Shown: positions 1 through 9,168, counted from the stretch's first letter. The stretch is 32,000 nt of DNA from Nitrosopumilus maritimus SCM1 (GCF_000018465.1 NC_010085.1:870001-902000); one strand, 5' to 3'. Notes: generated from the sequence alone by a model not told the origin. Numbers and translations: made by a program.

Positions 1-511
1 CAAGTAATCCAGAATCAGTCAATACCCGTTTTGATTCAGAAACAAATTCAGATAGAGGTTTGAAATGCTGTGCAGATTCTAATGCCAAGACACGGTCTAC
101 AGAGTTGTTTGTAAAGGGGAGTTTTGTAGAAGAAGAGTTTAGAAATTCAATTTTTTGTTTTTTTCCAAAAGATAATTGTGAATAGTTGATGTTTACATCA
201 TATAGCAGAATATGGGGGAATTCTTGTTGCCATAGATGAGAGGGAGCAGATAACCCACTTCCAACATCAACTACATGTTTTGCAGAAGATAATTCAGCAA
301 GTTCTGCAAAAACCATGCACAGATTTTCCTGAGCAGATATTGGTTCAGAGTGTTCTTGAGACCAATACCCAAAATTAAGCATAGATCCACCTGTTGCAAG
401 TTGCATTACGGGAGATAATGTGTTGTAAAGATTGACAGTGTCTTTTTCATTTCTACGAAAAGTCCACAAGAATAGTTCTAGAGGGTTAATCGATACCAAA
501 AATAAATTCAA
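1..511 (-). CDS. Class I SAM-dependent methyltransferase, C-terminus beyond window edge (probable TTG start at 511; first ATG at 406)
   Basis: Minus strand is open from 532 to the window edge. Translation includes ...YNTLSPVMQLATGGSMLNFGYWSQEH...KHVVDVGSGLSAPSHLW...LPFTNNSVDRVLALESAQHF..., with the D.G.G SAM motif and a post-motif arrangement. Not in the supplied ORF track. Confidence 0.8.
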   Translation of the reverse strand, partial: MNLFLVSINPLELFLWTFRRNEKDTVNLYNTLSPVMQLATGGSMLNFGYWSQEHSEPISAQENLCMVFAELAELSSAKHVVDVGSGLSAPSHLWQQEFPHILLYDVNINYSQLSFGKKQKIEFLNSSSTKLPFTNNSVDRVLALESAQHFKPLSEFVSESKRVLTDSGLL

Positions 512-539
512 AATTAATTGAACAGAGTCATATTAATTT

Positions 540-671
540 CTAGGGTAATCCTTCAGAGTCTTCAGCACAATGTTTGTGGACCCATTTTTCATCTTTGTTT
601 TTAGAGATCTCTTTTCCTGGCTGAATTTTATCACCACAAGAGACACAAGATGTTGCAAATTTTGCTTTCAT
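540..671 (-). CDS. Small zinc-ribbon-like protein (43 aa)
   Basis: ATG...TAG ORF: MKAKFATSCVSCGDKIQPGKEISKNKDEKWVHKHCAEDSEGLP; CxxCG...W.H..C pattern; below the ORF-track length cut-off. Confidence 0.6.
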   Translation of the reverse strand: MKAKFATSCVSCGDKIQPGKEISKNKDEKWVHKHCAEDSEGLP

Positions 672-927
672 ATGTTTTGATAATTTTAGATAGATAAATC
701 AGATGTGTTGCAATTGGTGTCAACTAATGATCAACGCATTTTGAAAATTTGAGTATTAGTTTACACATCAAATACGGTTCAGAGAGCATAGTTAACAAAA
801 TTCATCATCTTTTAGGTCAAAAATGGATTCATTCAGATGTAAATTGAGATAAACAGAAGAGATTGGAAATCAAAAGAAATCATCCTAGTCTGCATAGGTT
901 TTGGAGATTTCTAATGTTTTATTGTTT

Positions 928-2472
928 TTAGTTATTACTATCAGAGTCTCCACTATCAGAGTCTCCACTATCAGAGTCTCCACTATCAGAGATCACGGGT
1001 TCGTTAATTATTTCAGAATTTTGTGAATCATTACTTGTGTCAAATTCATCATTGTTATTTTCAGATGCATTTTGTGTGGGCAAATTATCTGGCACAGGAG
1101 TTGACAAGATTTGGAATACTGTATCATGTTGAGTTTGTGCAGATTGAACTCTTTGGTTAGCAATATCTAATTTTTCTTTTTTATTTTCTTCAAAAGTCAC
1201 AAATTTGAGCAAAGTATTTTGCCTTTTTTCAAGTGCCTTGATTGCCCTTTGTTCTTCTTTACTTCCTAAAGGAGCTTTATCGAGTCTTTCTTTTGCAAGA
1301 TCAACTGCTGTTTTTGCAGCTAATGTTTTTTCAATAGCTATTTGATATTGCACTTCTCGTTTTTGCTCATTTTTTATTGCATTGTTTAGTTGATTCAATG
1401 CTTTTTTCTGTGCTTTAGTTAAGGGGGTTGAGGGCTCAGTAGGAGTTGAGGGCTCAGTAGGAGTTGAGGGCTCAGTAGGAGTTGAGGGCTCAGTAGGAGT
1501 TGAGGGCTCAGTAGGAGTTGAGGGCTCAGTAGGAGTTGAGGGCTCAGTAGGAGTTGAGGGCTCAGTAGGAGTTGAGGGCTCAGTAGGAGTTGAGGGCTCA
1601 GTAGGAGTTGAGGGCTCAGTAGGAGTTGAGGGCTCAGTAGGAGTAGGAGTATTTACAACATAACTTTGTTTAGAGTTTTGACTGTTTTTGTTTTGTTGTT
1701 TTTTAATTAAGGATTCTATTGCATCCCTAGTTTCCAAAAGATCTGTTCGTTTTGATGGTTGTAGTTTTGCTTGATGTTCTAGTGCTTTAATTAACATATT
1801 CCATCTTTCGTTTTGTATCAATTCGTTTATTGTCAAAGCAAAGACTTTGTCAGTTACTTTCGATGCAAAACCTGTTCCTTTGTATTCTTGTTGATTAATT
1901 TTAGCAAATATTTTTCGATATTCTTTAATTTCTTTTAGATTTAGAATTTCAGATTTAATAAAATCTGATTTTTTCTGTTTGTCAACAGATTTTGTTAATT
2001 TTGAATTTACATTATTTGCATGTTGAGTAAGTTTTTGTAATATTTGCTTTTCATGTGAAGAAAAATGCTTTGATACTTGTTCATTCTTTGTAGTCTGTTT
2101 CTTATACATAGTCAATAATTGATTAAACTCAGAAATCAGATTTTCTTGTTCTTCTAATGACAATGTAGGTTGAATACCAACTAAGGCATTTCCAATTGTG
2201 CGAAATTCAAAGGACATTGAAGAAACATTATCTGTTCTTTGTTCTGCAATGGATGAACGAATTTTTTTAAAACCTTGCTCAATTTTCTCTAATTTTTCTG
2301 AATTTGCATCGTCAATTTCAGCACTGGCAAAAGGAACTGAAGCAACTATGCTAGTAAGTAACAATACTGCAAGAAAACTAGCCAGAAACATCAAAGAAAA
2401 TTTTCTAGTATGAGTTACATTTTTGTTCAATATGCTATTAGAATTATTTTCATGGAAAGTTAGAGTCATCAC
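928..2472 (-). CDS. Secreted/surface-anchored repeat protein with coiled-coil regions and a TPTEPS linker
   Basis: Long ORF with N-terminal hydrophobic segment (FSLMFLASFLAVLLLTSIVASVPFASA), 12 hexapeptide repeats, and an acidic Ser/Asp tail. Confidence 0.8.
   Translation of the reverse strand: MMTLTFHENNSNSILNKNVTHTRKFSLMFLASFLAVLLLTSIVASVPFASAEIDDANSEKLEKIEQGFKKIRSSIAEQRTDNVSSMSFEFRTIGNALVGIQPTLSLEEQENLISEFNQLLTMYKKQTTKNEQVSKHFSSHEKQILQKLTQHANNVNSKLTKSVDKQKKSDFIKSEILNLKEIKEYRKIFAKINQQEYKGTGFASKVTDKVFALTINELIQNERWNMLIKALEHQAKLQPSKRTDLLETRDAIESLIKKQQNKNSQNSKQSYVVNTPTPTEPSTPTEPSTPTEPSTPTEPSTPTEPSTPTEPSTPTEPSTPTEPSTPTEPSTPTEPSTPTEPSTPTEPSTPLTKAQKKALNQLNNAIKNEQKREVQYQIAIEKTLAAKTAVDLAKERLDKAPLGSKEEQRAIKALEKRQNTLLKFVTFEENKKEKLDIANQRVQSAQTQHDTVFQILSTPVPDNLPTQNASENNNDEFDTSNDSQNSEIINEPVISDSGDSDSGDSDSGDSDSNN
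936..988. repeat. 15-bp tandem repeat (tatcagagtctccac), 3 full copies plus a partial copy
   Basis: Read directly; encodes the C-terminal SDSGD repeats. Confidence 0.9.
1427..1642. repeat. 18-bp perfect tandem repeat, 12 copies (gttgagggctcagtagga)
   Basis: Counted directly: the ctcagt core recurs every 18 bp from 1435 to 1633; encodes (TPTEPS)n. Confidence 0.95.
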
Positions 2473-2506
2473 AGTATAGTATTTTACATTGTTTAATTAT
2501 TTTTTA

Positions 2507-3814
2507 TCAGACTAGGAGCAAAAGTTTGTATAATTTTGTTCTATTCTCTAATAGATCAAGACGTAGTTTTTCAATATTTTGTACTATTTCTGTTGCCTGT
2601 TCTTCACCTGTAGAATCTAGTTTCTTTGAGGTTAGTTGATTTAGTGATTTTCTTTGCTCAGATAGATCTGTTTGTAGTTTATCAATTTTCTTTTCTAATT
2701 TTTCAACTTCAGAAGATGCTTTTGAGTGAGTACTGATTTTAGGTTCAATTGACTCAGAATCAAGTGCGTTAATCTTTGCAATTCCAACTTGGCAGGAATT
2801 TGGCACAATTCTATCAATCAGTTTTACAGTGGTAGATGCAGAATCAGATACAATGTCAATTACAGGAATCCTTACAGTATCTTTACCTGTGCATGCCTCA
2901 AAGACAACATCATATCTCTTTAAATCAGGATTTGAAGAGTCAGGTTTTGCAACTGCTTCAGTTACAGAGATAAGATTTGTACTCATTCCTTCAAGAGGTT
3001 GACCAGTTATGGATTTTGGAAGATCAAGTTCTGTTGCTTTAGTATTTGGAGGCACATACAATACCATCAAATATCTTCTAAGTTGATCTTGAAGACTTTT
3101 GAGTTCTTTTTTAAGTGTTGAAATATTGCTCAAGTTTTCAGGACTTGGTTCTCCATCTCGAGGAATTTTTTGTTTTGCAGCAGTGATTCTTTCTTTCAAA
3201 TCAGTAATCTGGGTTTCAAGAGAAGAGATTTTTTCAGATATTCCACCCTTGTTTAATAGAGTTGCAGAAATAGAATTAGGATCTGCAGCTTTGATAATTA
3301 CAGAACTAGTGTAACAAGAATTAGCTTTTAACATACTTCCTAGTTTTACAGATTTAGTTTCACTATCAGAGGTTACAAAAATTTCAGGATTTCTAACTGT
3401 TTTTGAATCAGCACATGCATCAAAGACAAAAGCATATCCAGTAACTCCTGTAGCAGTTGAGCCTTTGATAACTTTGGTAGATTGTTTTAATGTTGCAATC
3501 TTTTCGATAGTTCCTGCAGGTTCACCCTTTTTTGCCTTCTTGGCAGATATCTCTTCTATTTTTTTCTCAGAGAGAGGGTTTGACCAACCTAATTCAGACA
3601 GTCGTTCAGCAGTCTTTGGTTTTACACATGATGCATCACCAGTGGTTTTTTTGATTAGTTTTACAAGATTTTCACTACATACAACTTGATCAGGAGTAAA
3701 ATCCAACTTCATTTGCATTCTTGGACTAATAACATCTGCAAAACTTGAAGTTGTAAAAGTACTTGAAACAAGAATAAAGCCTAGGAATAATACTAGAAAG
3801 GAGATTGATTTCAC
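2507..3814 (-). CDS. Secreted protein with a Cys motif and two copies of a beta-rich/coiled-coil module
   Basis: Signal peptide (MKSISFLVLFLGFILVSSTFTTSSFA), VVCSENLVKLIKKTTGDASCVKPKTAERLSELGW, then duplicated FDAC/FEAC...NSC...coiled-coil modules. Confidence 0.8.
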   Translation of the reverse strand: MKSISFLVLFLGFILVSSTFTTSSFADVISPRMQMKLDFTPDQVVCSENLVKLIKKTTGDASCVKPKTAERLSELGWSNPLSEKKIEEISAKKAKKGEPAGTIEKIATLKQSTKVIKGSTATGVTGYAFVFDACADSKTVRNPEIFVTSDSETKSVKLGSMLKANSCYTSSVIIKAADPNSISATLLNKGGISEKISSLETQITDLKERITAAKQKIPRDGEPSPENLSNISTLKKELKSLQDQLRRYLMVLYVPPNTKATELDLPKSITGQPLEGMSTNLISVTEAVAKPDSSNPDLKRYDVVFEACTGKDTVRIPVIDIVSDSASTTVKLIDRIVPNSCQVGIAKINALDSESIEPKISTHSKASSEVEKLEKKIDKLQTDLSEQRKSLNQLTSKKLDSTGEEQATEIVQNIEKLRLDLLENRTKLYKLLLLV

Positions 3815-3890
3815 AGTAATGCTTGAAAATTATTATTAAAAAACATATTGTAAAAATTGAGGTTATTCTGCGAGATAAAATGAGTTTATT

Positions 3891-5201
3891 CTATTTAGAG
3901 CTCTTTTGTTCTAGACCAATGTTTTTTAAGAAATTGTTGGATTCATTTAGTGCATGTTTTTTAATTTTAATTCTGTCTTCTTTTTTGATGGATTTGGAAG
4001 CCAGATGAAGTATCTCATCCATTAGATTAATTCCCCCTCTAGCCCCCTTCTTGAGTCCGAGTTGGTAGAGCATTGGAAGTTTTGACATGTTTGAGGTGAC
4101 TTGCATCTTGATTTCAGGTACATTCAGAGATTTTTTATCAGGGGTCTCAATTTCAGTGAATTTGTCAACTACTTTGGATAGTAAAATATCTAGATTCTCA
4201 CCCAAATTACGCTCAAGTTTGGTATTTTTTTCCTTTCTTGCCATCATTACGATTCTTTTGATCTTCAGTAGAGCTTGGTTTGTCTCAACAGATTCAAAAT
4301 CATTTGCAGAGAGGTCCAATCCAAAATCTTTCATGAATGCAGAAGTGATGTATGATATGGCCTCTTTTCTACAAGATGCCTTTGTTGTTCCAAATGGGCA
4401 GTTATCACAATTTGTTGTAAAATATCTAGCTCCACGTTGACCAAAACTTGAAAGAACAATTTTATCTTGATCACGTAATTTGGAGATAGTTCGTGATACA
4501 AGTCCTTCGTCAATCAATAGTGCTTGAGATATTTCTTGGTTAGAATAAGAACCCTCATCAATTAACTCTAGTATCTCTTCTTCTAATTCACCTGGAGAAC
4601 GTCTTGAGGCCTCTTCTATTGCATCAGCTAAGTAATGTAAAACAACCTTATCTCCAGAATCATGGTTAATAGTGAAAGTTTTTCCATCATATGTTGCATC
4701 AAGGCCAGATAATGTTTCTGTTTTAATTATTTTTGCAAGAATTTTGTCTAGATTTTTTATTTTAAAATTATTTAATAACTCGTTTAGATTTTGTTTTGAG
4801 ATTTTTGTTTTGCCAGCTGTAAAAATATAATATAATGCCCAACGAATTTTTCGTTCATCACTTCTCTCAATTAATCGCAATAATTTACAAAAATTGTCTA
4901 TTCGGGCCCATTTTATATCAGATAGTTCATCCTTGGTGTTTTTGATGAATAAAGTCCTGTCTAAGATTTTACAAAATTCATCAAACTGTTTTGCAAGTTC
5001 AGATTTTTTGATTTTTGAAGATTTCTTAATTTTTGTACTTTTTGGAATGAGTTCTAAAAAATCATCTTTGAGAACATTACTTTCGTCTCTTAGGGATTTT
5101 GTCTCATATCGAAAAAACTCAAAGAAACCAAGTGAACCATCAAGTAACGAGGATGGGGGAAATACTCGTAATCCGTTGAGATTAGGAGAAGATAGTCCCA
5201 T
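3891..5201 (-). CDS. Winged-helix/MarR-like HTH protein with a CxxC...C cluster
   Basis: HTH-like segment GSYSNQEISQALLIDEGLVSRTISKLRDQDKIVLS, followed by CDNCPFGTTKASC. Confidence 0.7.
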   Translation of the reverse strand: MGLSSPNLNGLRVFPPSSLLDGSLGFFEFFRYETKSLRDESNVLKDDFLELIPKSTKIKKSSKIKKSELAKQFDEFCKILDRTLFIKNTKDELSDIKWARIDNFCKLLRLIERSDERKIRWALYYIFTAGKTKISKQNLNELLNNFKIKNLDKILAKIIKTETLSGLDATYDGKTFTINHDSGDKVVLHYLADAIEEASRRSPGELEEEILELIDEGSYSNQEISQALLIDEGLVSRTISKLRDQDKIVLSSFGQRGARYFTTNCDNCPFGTTKASCRKEAISYITSAFMKDFGLDLSANDFESVETNQALLKIKRIVMMARKEKNTKLERNLGENLDILLSKVVDKFTEIETPDKKSLNVPEIKMQVTSNMSKLPMLYQLGLKKGARGGINLMDEILHLASKSIKKEDRIKIKKHALNESNNFLKNIGLEQKSSK

Positions 5202-5342
5202 ACAGGTGTAAAATTACTTGACTATTTATGAGTATCAAGACAACTAGATGACTAGTTTTTGGCTCAACATAACTGGTTTTATTGAAACAACATCTAGACA
5301 AAATTATCTTGGCTTAATACCAAAAATTGACTTTCTCTTTTT

Positions 5343-5504
5343 ATGAGTACAACTTTGACAATGTCTTACAATAAGACTAGGCAACTCGAGCCACGAAAGA
5401 TCCTGGTTGAAAGCATACCAGTAAAAGAAAGCAAAAAACTTTCAGCTAATGAATCAACCAAAATACAAGTTATTACTTGGGAAGACTTCAGAGGTGTTTT
5501 CTAA
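5343..5504 (+). CDS. Small hypothetical protein (53 aa)
   Basis: ATG...TAA ORF MSTTLTMSYNKTRQLEPRKILVESIPVKESKKLSANESTKIQVITWEDFRGVF, directly abutting the next ORF. Confidence 0.5.
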   Translation: MSTTLTMSYNKTRQLEPRKILVESIPVKESKKLSANESTKIQVITWEDFRGVF

Positions 5505-5621
5505 ATGAGTCCATTTTATGGAAACGGTTTTAACAGAATAATGGATGCACTTGAAAATCGCTTCAAGAAAAAAAGATTTCCCTTACAATTTGATGAAGAA
5601 TTGTTAGAAAGTTTCAAGTGA
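5505..5621 (+). CDS. Small hypothetical protein (38 aa)
   Basis: ATG immediately after the TAA of the previous ORF: MSPFYGNGFNRIMDALENRFKKKRFPLQFDEELLESFK. Confidence 0.45.
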   Translation: MSPFYGNGFNRIMDALENRFKKKRFPLQFDEELLESFK

Positions 5622-5784
5622 TAAAAATGAGATTTTCTAATAATTTTTACTTAGATTACCTAAGAGGGGGTGTTTGATAAAAAATATGCCAAGACGGAAA
5701 CTTTATGACAACGGAGATGAAGACGATGATCTTGAATGTTATCAAGACATGTGATTTCTCTTATTCTTTTTTTGAGGTAACAAA

Positions 5785-5880
5785 ATGAGATTATGTAGAG
5801 TTTGTTTTCATTGTGGACGAGAATTTGTATCACTTTCAGAAAACTTGTGTAGTCAAAAATGTGTAGAAGAGATAAAATAA
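5785..5880 (+). CDS. Micro-protein with Cys cluster (31 aa)
   Basis: MRLCRVCFHCGREFVSLSENLCSQKCVEEIK; CxxCxxC...CxxxC pattern suggests metal binding. Confidence 0.45.
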   Translation: MRLCRVCFHCGREFVSLSENLCSQKCVEEIK

Positions 5881-6008
5881 AATGTATTTAGACAAAGTAA
5901 ACAATGTAAATACCATACACGTATGCTATGTACAAATGGGCACATCCAAGATTAAAAAACAATTCATCAGGGATAAGATTAAGATATGAGAACAGGTGAA
6001 ATAAAAAC

Positions 6009-6260
6009 ATGTTAGCATATATTCTTATTTCATGTAATACTGGAAGTGAAACAACAGTAATATCTGAACTCAAAGATATGCCAGAAATTGTGGAGATAAA
6101 TGGCATATGGGGGAAATATGATATTTTTTTAAAAATTTCTACAACAGACACAAACAAGATAGATCAAATTGTGCAAAGATTGAGAAACCATCCCGATGTA
6201 ACAGATACCTATACCATGCATGTTCTATATGGTCAGGGAGGCAGTATCGATGATGACTAG
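6009..6260 (+). CDS. Stand-alone Lrp/AsnC-type ligand-binding (RAM) domain protein
   Basis: MLAYILISCNTGSETTVISELKDMPEIVEINGIWGKYDIFLKISTT...; typical AsnC C-terminal domain without HTH. Confidence 0.85.
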   Translation: MLAYILISCNTGSETTVISELKDMPEIVEINGIWGKYDIFLKISTTDTNKIDQIVQRLRNHPDVTDTYTMHVLYGQGGSIDDD

Positions 6261-6295
6261 ATTAGGTAAATATACATCTGAAAAAGGGAGCAAAC

Positions 6296-6688
6296 ATGGC
6301 AATATTATCAGTGAATGACGTACAGAGATTAGATGCAGCATGTGTTGAACTGTCAAATGAGGAAAAAGTAAGGCACGTAGGAGGGATTAGTGAATTAGGA
6401 CGATTGGTTGCGGGAGGATTCAAAAAAGGTGTTACCCCTTTGCTTTCAGATGATAAGGTAAGAATGGTCTACATGCAGATGCAACTTGATTTTAACATGA
6501 GACAAGAATTAGACGATATTCTAGGACCTATAGACTATATCACATCTAGACGAACTAATCAGTTGATAATCAGTGTACCAATTGGAGAGAATTTGGTACT
6601 AATTACAGCAGAGCCTGATGCAGATGACAAAAAAATCATCAAAAAAGCAGAAGAAATATTTGACGAAATTACAATTTCTACCATTTAA
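6296..6688 (+). CDS. Conserved thaumarchaeal hypothetical protein (130 aa)
   Basis: Complete ORF with balanced composition, co-directional with the upstream RAM-domain gene. Confidence 0.7.
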   Translation: MAILSVNDVQRLDAACVELSNEEKVRHVGGISELGRLVAGGFKKGVTPLLSDDKVRMVYMQMQLDFNMRQELDDILGPIDYITSRRTNQLIISVPIGENLVLITAEPDADDKKIIKKAEEIFDEITISTI

Positions 6689-6753
6689 GATCATTCTCAA
6701 CTAAAATAATTTCAATAATAATTGCAAGTGGACACTAAAAAGTGGAAAAATTA

Positions 6754-7533
6754 TTACAGAGTTCTAATTTCTGAAAAGAAAAGTTCTAATGAATTTTCAA
6801 ATTGTTTGTTTAGTTTTTGAAGATGTGTGTTTTCTACAGAAAGAGATTCTTGATCAAACCAGGGTGGAGACAAATATAGTGAACGGTTCATCTCAATTTG
6901 AATCCATGGTAAGGGGTTATTTCCATATGTCTTTGTGATGTGACCTCCATGAAATGGGTCATTTAGAGATATTTCTTTTCTATCAATTGAATATGAACTA
7001 GAGATACAATCAGCTAAAAGTTCAAGCATTTCATCTGAACATGTTTTTCCATCCTGATTTGAAAGGCAAAACAATGGTCTTTTTTTGTTGGCACCATCAG
7101 GTGAAATTCCAGGTGCTACAGATGCCATAGAATGACAATCAAGACATAACTGCAAATCCAGTTCTGAAAAACTCTTTTGAAGTGCTCTATGATATGGCAT
7201 GTAATAAAATTCAACAAGCAAATCTCTTAGAGACTCATTAGGTTCTTTTCCTTTGATGTAAATTGGTTTTTCATAACAAGTCATGCTTTTTATCAAACCA
7301 TCAGGATTATCTGGAGGCATGTCTTGTAGGGAACGATTAAGATCTACAAACGCTCTTGCAATATCGGTCTTAATTACACGTTGTACTTTGTCTCCCAAGT
7401 CATATAGTTCTATGACAAAAGGATCAGCATCATCAAACAAATCTTTGTTTGTGATTGTTAAATGTCCATCAAGCTCTGCAGGTTTTTTCAATCCTCCATG
7501 GGGAATGGATAGCAATACTGGAAATTTTTTCAT
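6754..7533 (-). CDS. N-formylglutamate amidohydrolase-like protein
   Basis: LLSIPHGG, FVDLNRS, YYMPYHRALQ, LDCHSM, NDPFHGGHITKTYG and IQIEMNRSLY motifs match the FGase family. Confidence 0.8.
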   Translation of the reverse strand: MKKFPVLLSIPHGGLKKPAELDGHLTITNKDLFDDADPFVIELYDLGDKVQRVIKTDIARAFVDLNRSLQDMPPDNPDGLIKSMTCYEKPIYIKGKEPNESLRDLLVEFYYMPYHRALQKSFSELDLQLCLDCHSMASVAPGISPDGANKKRPLFCLSNQDGKTCSDEMLELLADCISSSYSIDRKEISLNDPFHGGHITKTYGNNPLPWIQIEMNRSLYLSPPWFDQESLSVENTHLQKLNKQFENSLELFFSEIRTL

Positions 7534-9155
7534 CTTAATCCTTCTGCTGTTCCATCACGTCTGACTTCGGCAACTCCTTGAAAACCATCTCCAGTTTGAC
7601 GTTTGAGTACAGCATGAATTGCACCCAAAAAGAAAGAGTATCGCTCTCTAATGTCAATTTTATATCCCATTTTTTTGAGATGTTTAATTATTTCAACAAG
7701 CGAATCGTCGTCCTCCAAACTAATTTTTCCATCAACAGTACAATGGATTCTAGGTTTTTCCATGGCTTGATCTATGGAATTATTGTGATCAATTACTCGA
7801 GAAATAAAATGACTCAATGTTGAAAATATTCTTGCACTGCCTGGAGTTCCCAATACCATCCATGGTTCATGATTGTAAAAAATTATTGAAGGACATACAG
7901 ATGTCCATGGAATAGCATTTGGACGTAGATAGAATGGATGGTTTGGATTATCAAACTCATATGCAGACATGTAATTATTATACAAAAATCCCAAACCATC
8001 AGCTGCTGCTTTTGAGCCATAAACCAGTTCTATGGACTGAGTAATTCCCACAGCATTTCCATCCTTGTCCATTACAGAAAGATGTGTTGTATCTTCAGTA
8101 TCAAGGGATTCTTTTAATGGAAGTGTTGGATCAATTGTATCTCTAATAGATTTTGCAAGCGTTTTTGCAAAATTCCTACTCAAGTGAATTTTTTTATCAA
8201 TTTGATGATATGTTTCAGGGTTAAATCTTCGTTGTTCTCTATACAACAATGCCTTTCGATGAGTTTCAGATACATAGTGATATGCTCTTGGAGTCCTAGT
8301 GAGAAACTTGGATGGAAGATTGTTTAACATCATCAACACCAACAACATTGTAGAACCAGCTCCTGGAGGAGGAACAGTATAAACGCGAATACCCCTATAT
8401 CTTCTGCTTATCACTTTTCTCTCAATAGGCATTGGGATTAGTGCAAGGTCTTCCTTTCTTAGGAATCCACGATTTAGTTTCATATCTTTGTCAATTAGTG
8501 TAGAAATCATTCCATGGTAAAATGAACGATAACCATATGTTGCTAATTGCTCAAGAGTGTATGCCAAATCATCTTGTACAAAAAGATCTCCTATTTCATA
8601 TGGTACTTCGCCGTCTTTAAGAAAATACTTTGCGCCAGATTTTGATTTAACTTTAAAGAAATTTTTGAGATGTTTTTCTTGCAGTTCATATTGTAGTTTT
8701 GTAATTCTATATCCTCTTTTAGCAATACGAATTGATGGTTTTACAATGGTTGACCAATCCAATTGCCCATATCGTTCATTAAGATAACCTAATGTTGCCA
8801 CAGTACTTGGCACAGTGGTTGCCTTGTACCCAATGAGGCTGCGAGAGCGTTTTTCAAAAAACGATATGTGTGCTAAAGAAGGAGCCCTGCTTGAACCATC
8901 AACAGCAAATGTCTTTCCATCAACATGCAAGATAGCCATTGATTGTCCGCCTATTCCGGATGCCTGAGGTTCACACACTCCCAAGGCCAATGCAGTAGCA
9001 CAAGCAGCATCTACTGCATTTCCTCCTTTTTTGAGCATTTCAACTCCTGCCTTTGTTGCATCAGGAAATGCAGATGCAACCATCCCATTTTTTGCAACAG
9101 AGCACTTTTTGTTCTTAGTTGTAACAAATGATTTTTCTATAGAACTTACATCCAA
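7530..9155 (-). CDS. ggt: Gamma-glutamyltransferase-like Ntn hydrolase
   Basis: GGNAVDAACATALALGVCEPQASGIGG, catalytic-type DTTHLSVMDKDGNAV, GLGFLYNN, LGTPGSARI. Confidence 0.85.
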   Translation of the reverse strand: MDVSSIEKSFVTTKNKKCSVAKNGMVASAFPDATKAGVEMLKKGGNAVDAACATALALGVCEPQASGIGGQSMAILHVDGKTFAVDGSSRAPSLAHISFFEKRSRSLIGYKATTVPSTVATLGYLNERYGQLDWSTIVKPSIRIAKRGYRITKLQYELQEKHLKNFFKVKSKSGAKYFLKDGEVPYEIGDLFVQDDLAYTLEQLATYGYRSFYHGMISTLIDKDMKLNRGFLRKEDLALIPMPIERKVISRRYRGIRVYTVPPPGAGSTMLLVLMMLNNLPSKFLTRTPRAYHYVSETHRKALLYREQRRFNPETYHQIDKKIHLSRNFAKTLAKSIRDTIDPTLPLKESLDTEDTTHLSVMDKDGNAVGITQSIELVYGSKAAADGLGFLYNNYMSAYEFDNPNHPFYLRPNAIPWTSVCPSIIFYNHEPWMVLGTPGSARIFSTLSHFISRVIDHNNSIDQAMEKPRIHCTVDGKISLEDDDSLVEIIKHLKKMGYKIDIRERYSFFLGAIHAVLKRQTGDGFQGVAEVRRDGTAEGLR

Positions 9156-9168
9156 TCTGTTTTTTCTC

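Noticed and set aside
1427-1642. Possible CRISPR-like array from regular repeats
   Set aside because: Repeats are contiguous, with no spacers, and in frame inside a protein-coding gene.
4040-4080. tRNA D-arm-like string (gagttggtagagcattgg)
   Set aside because: No acceptor stem, anticodon arm or T-arm could be assembled around it, and it lies inside the well-supported minus-strand HTH coding frame.
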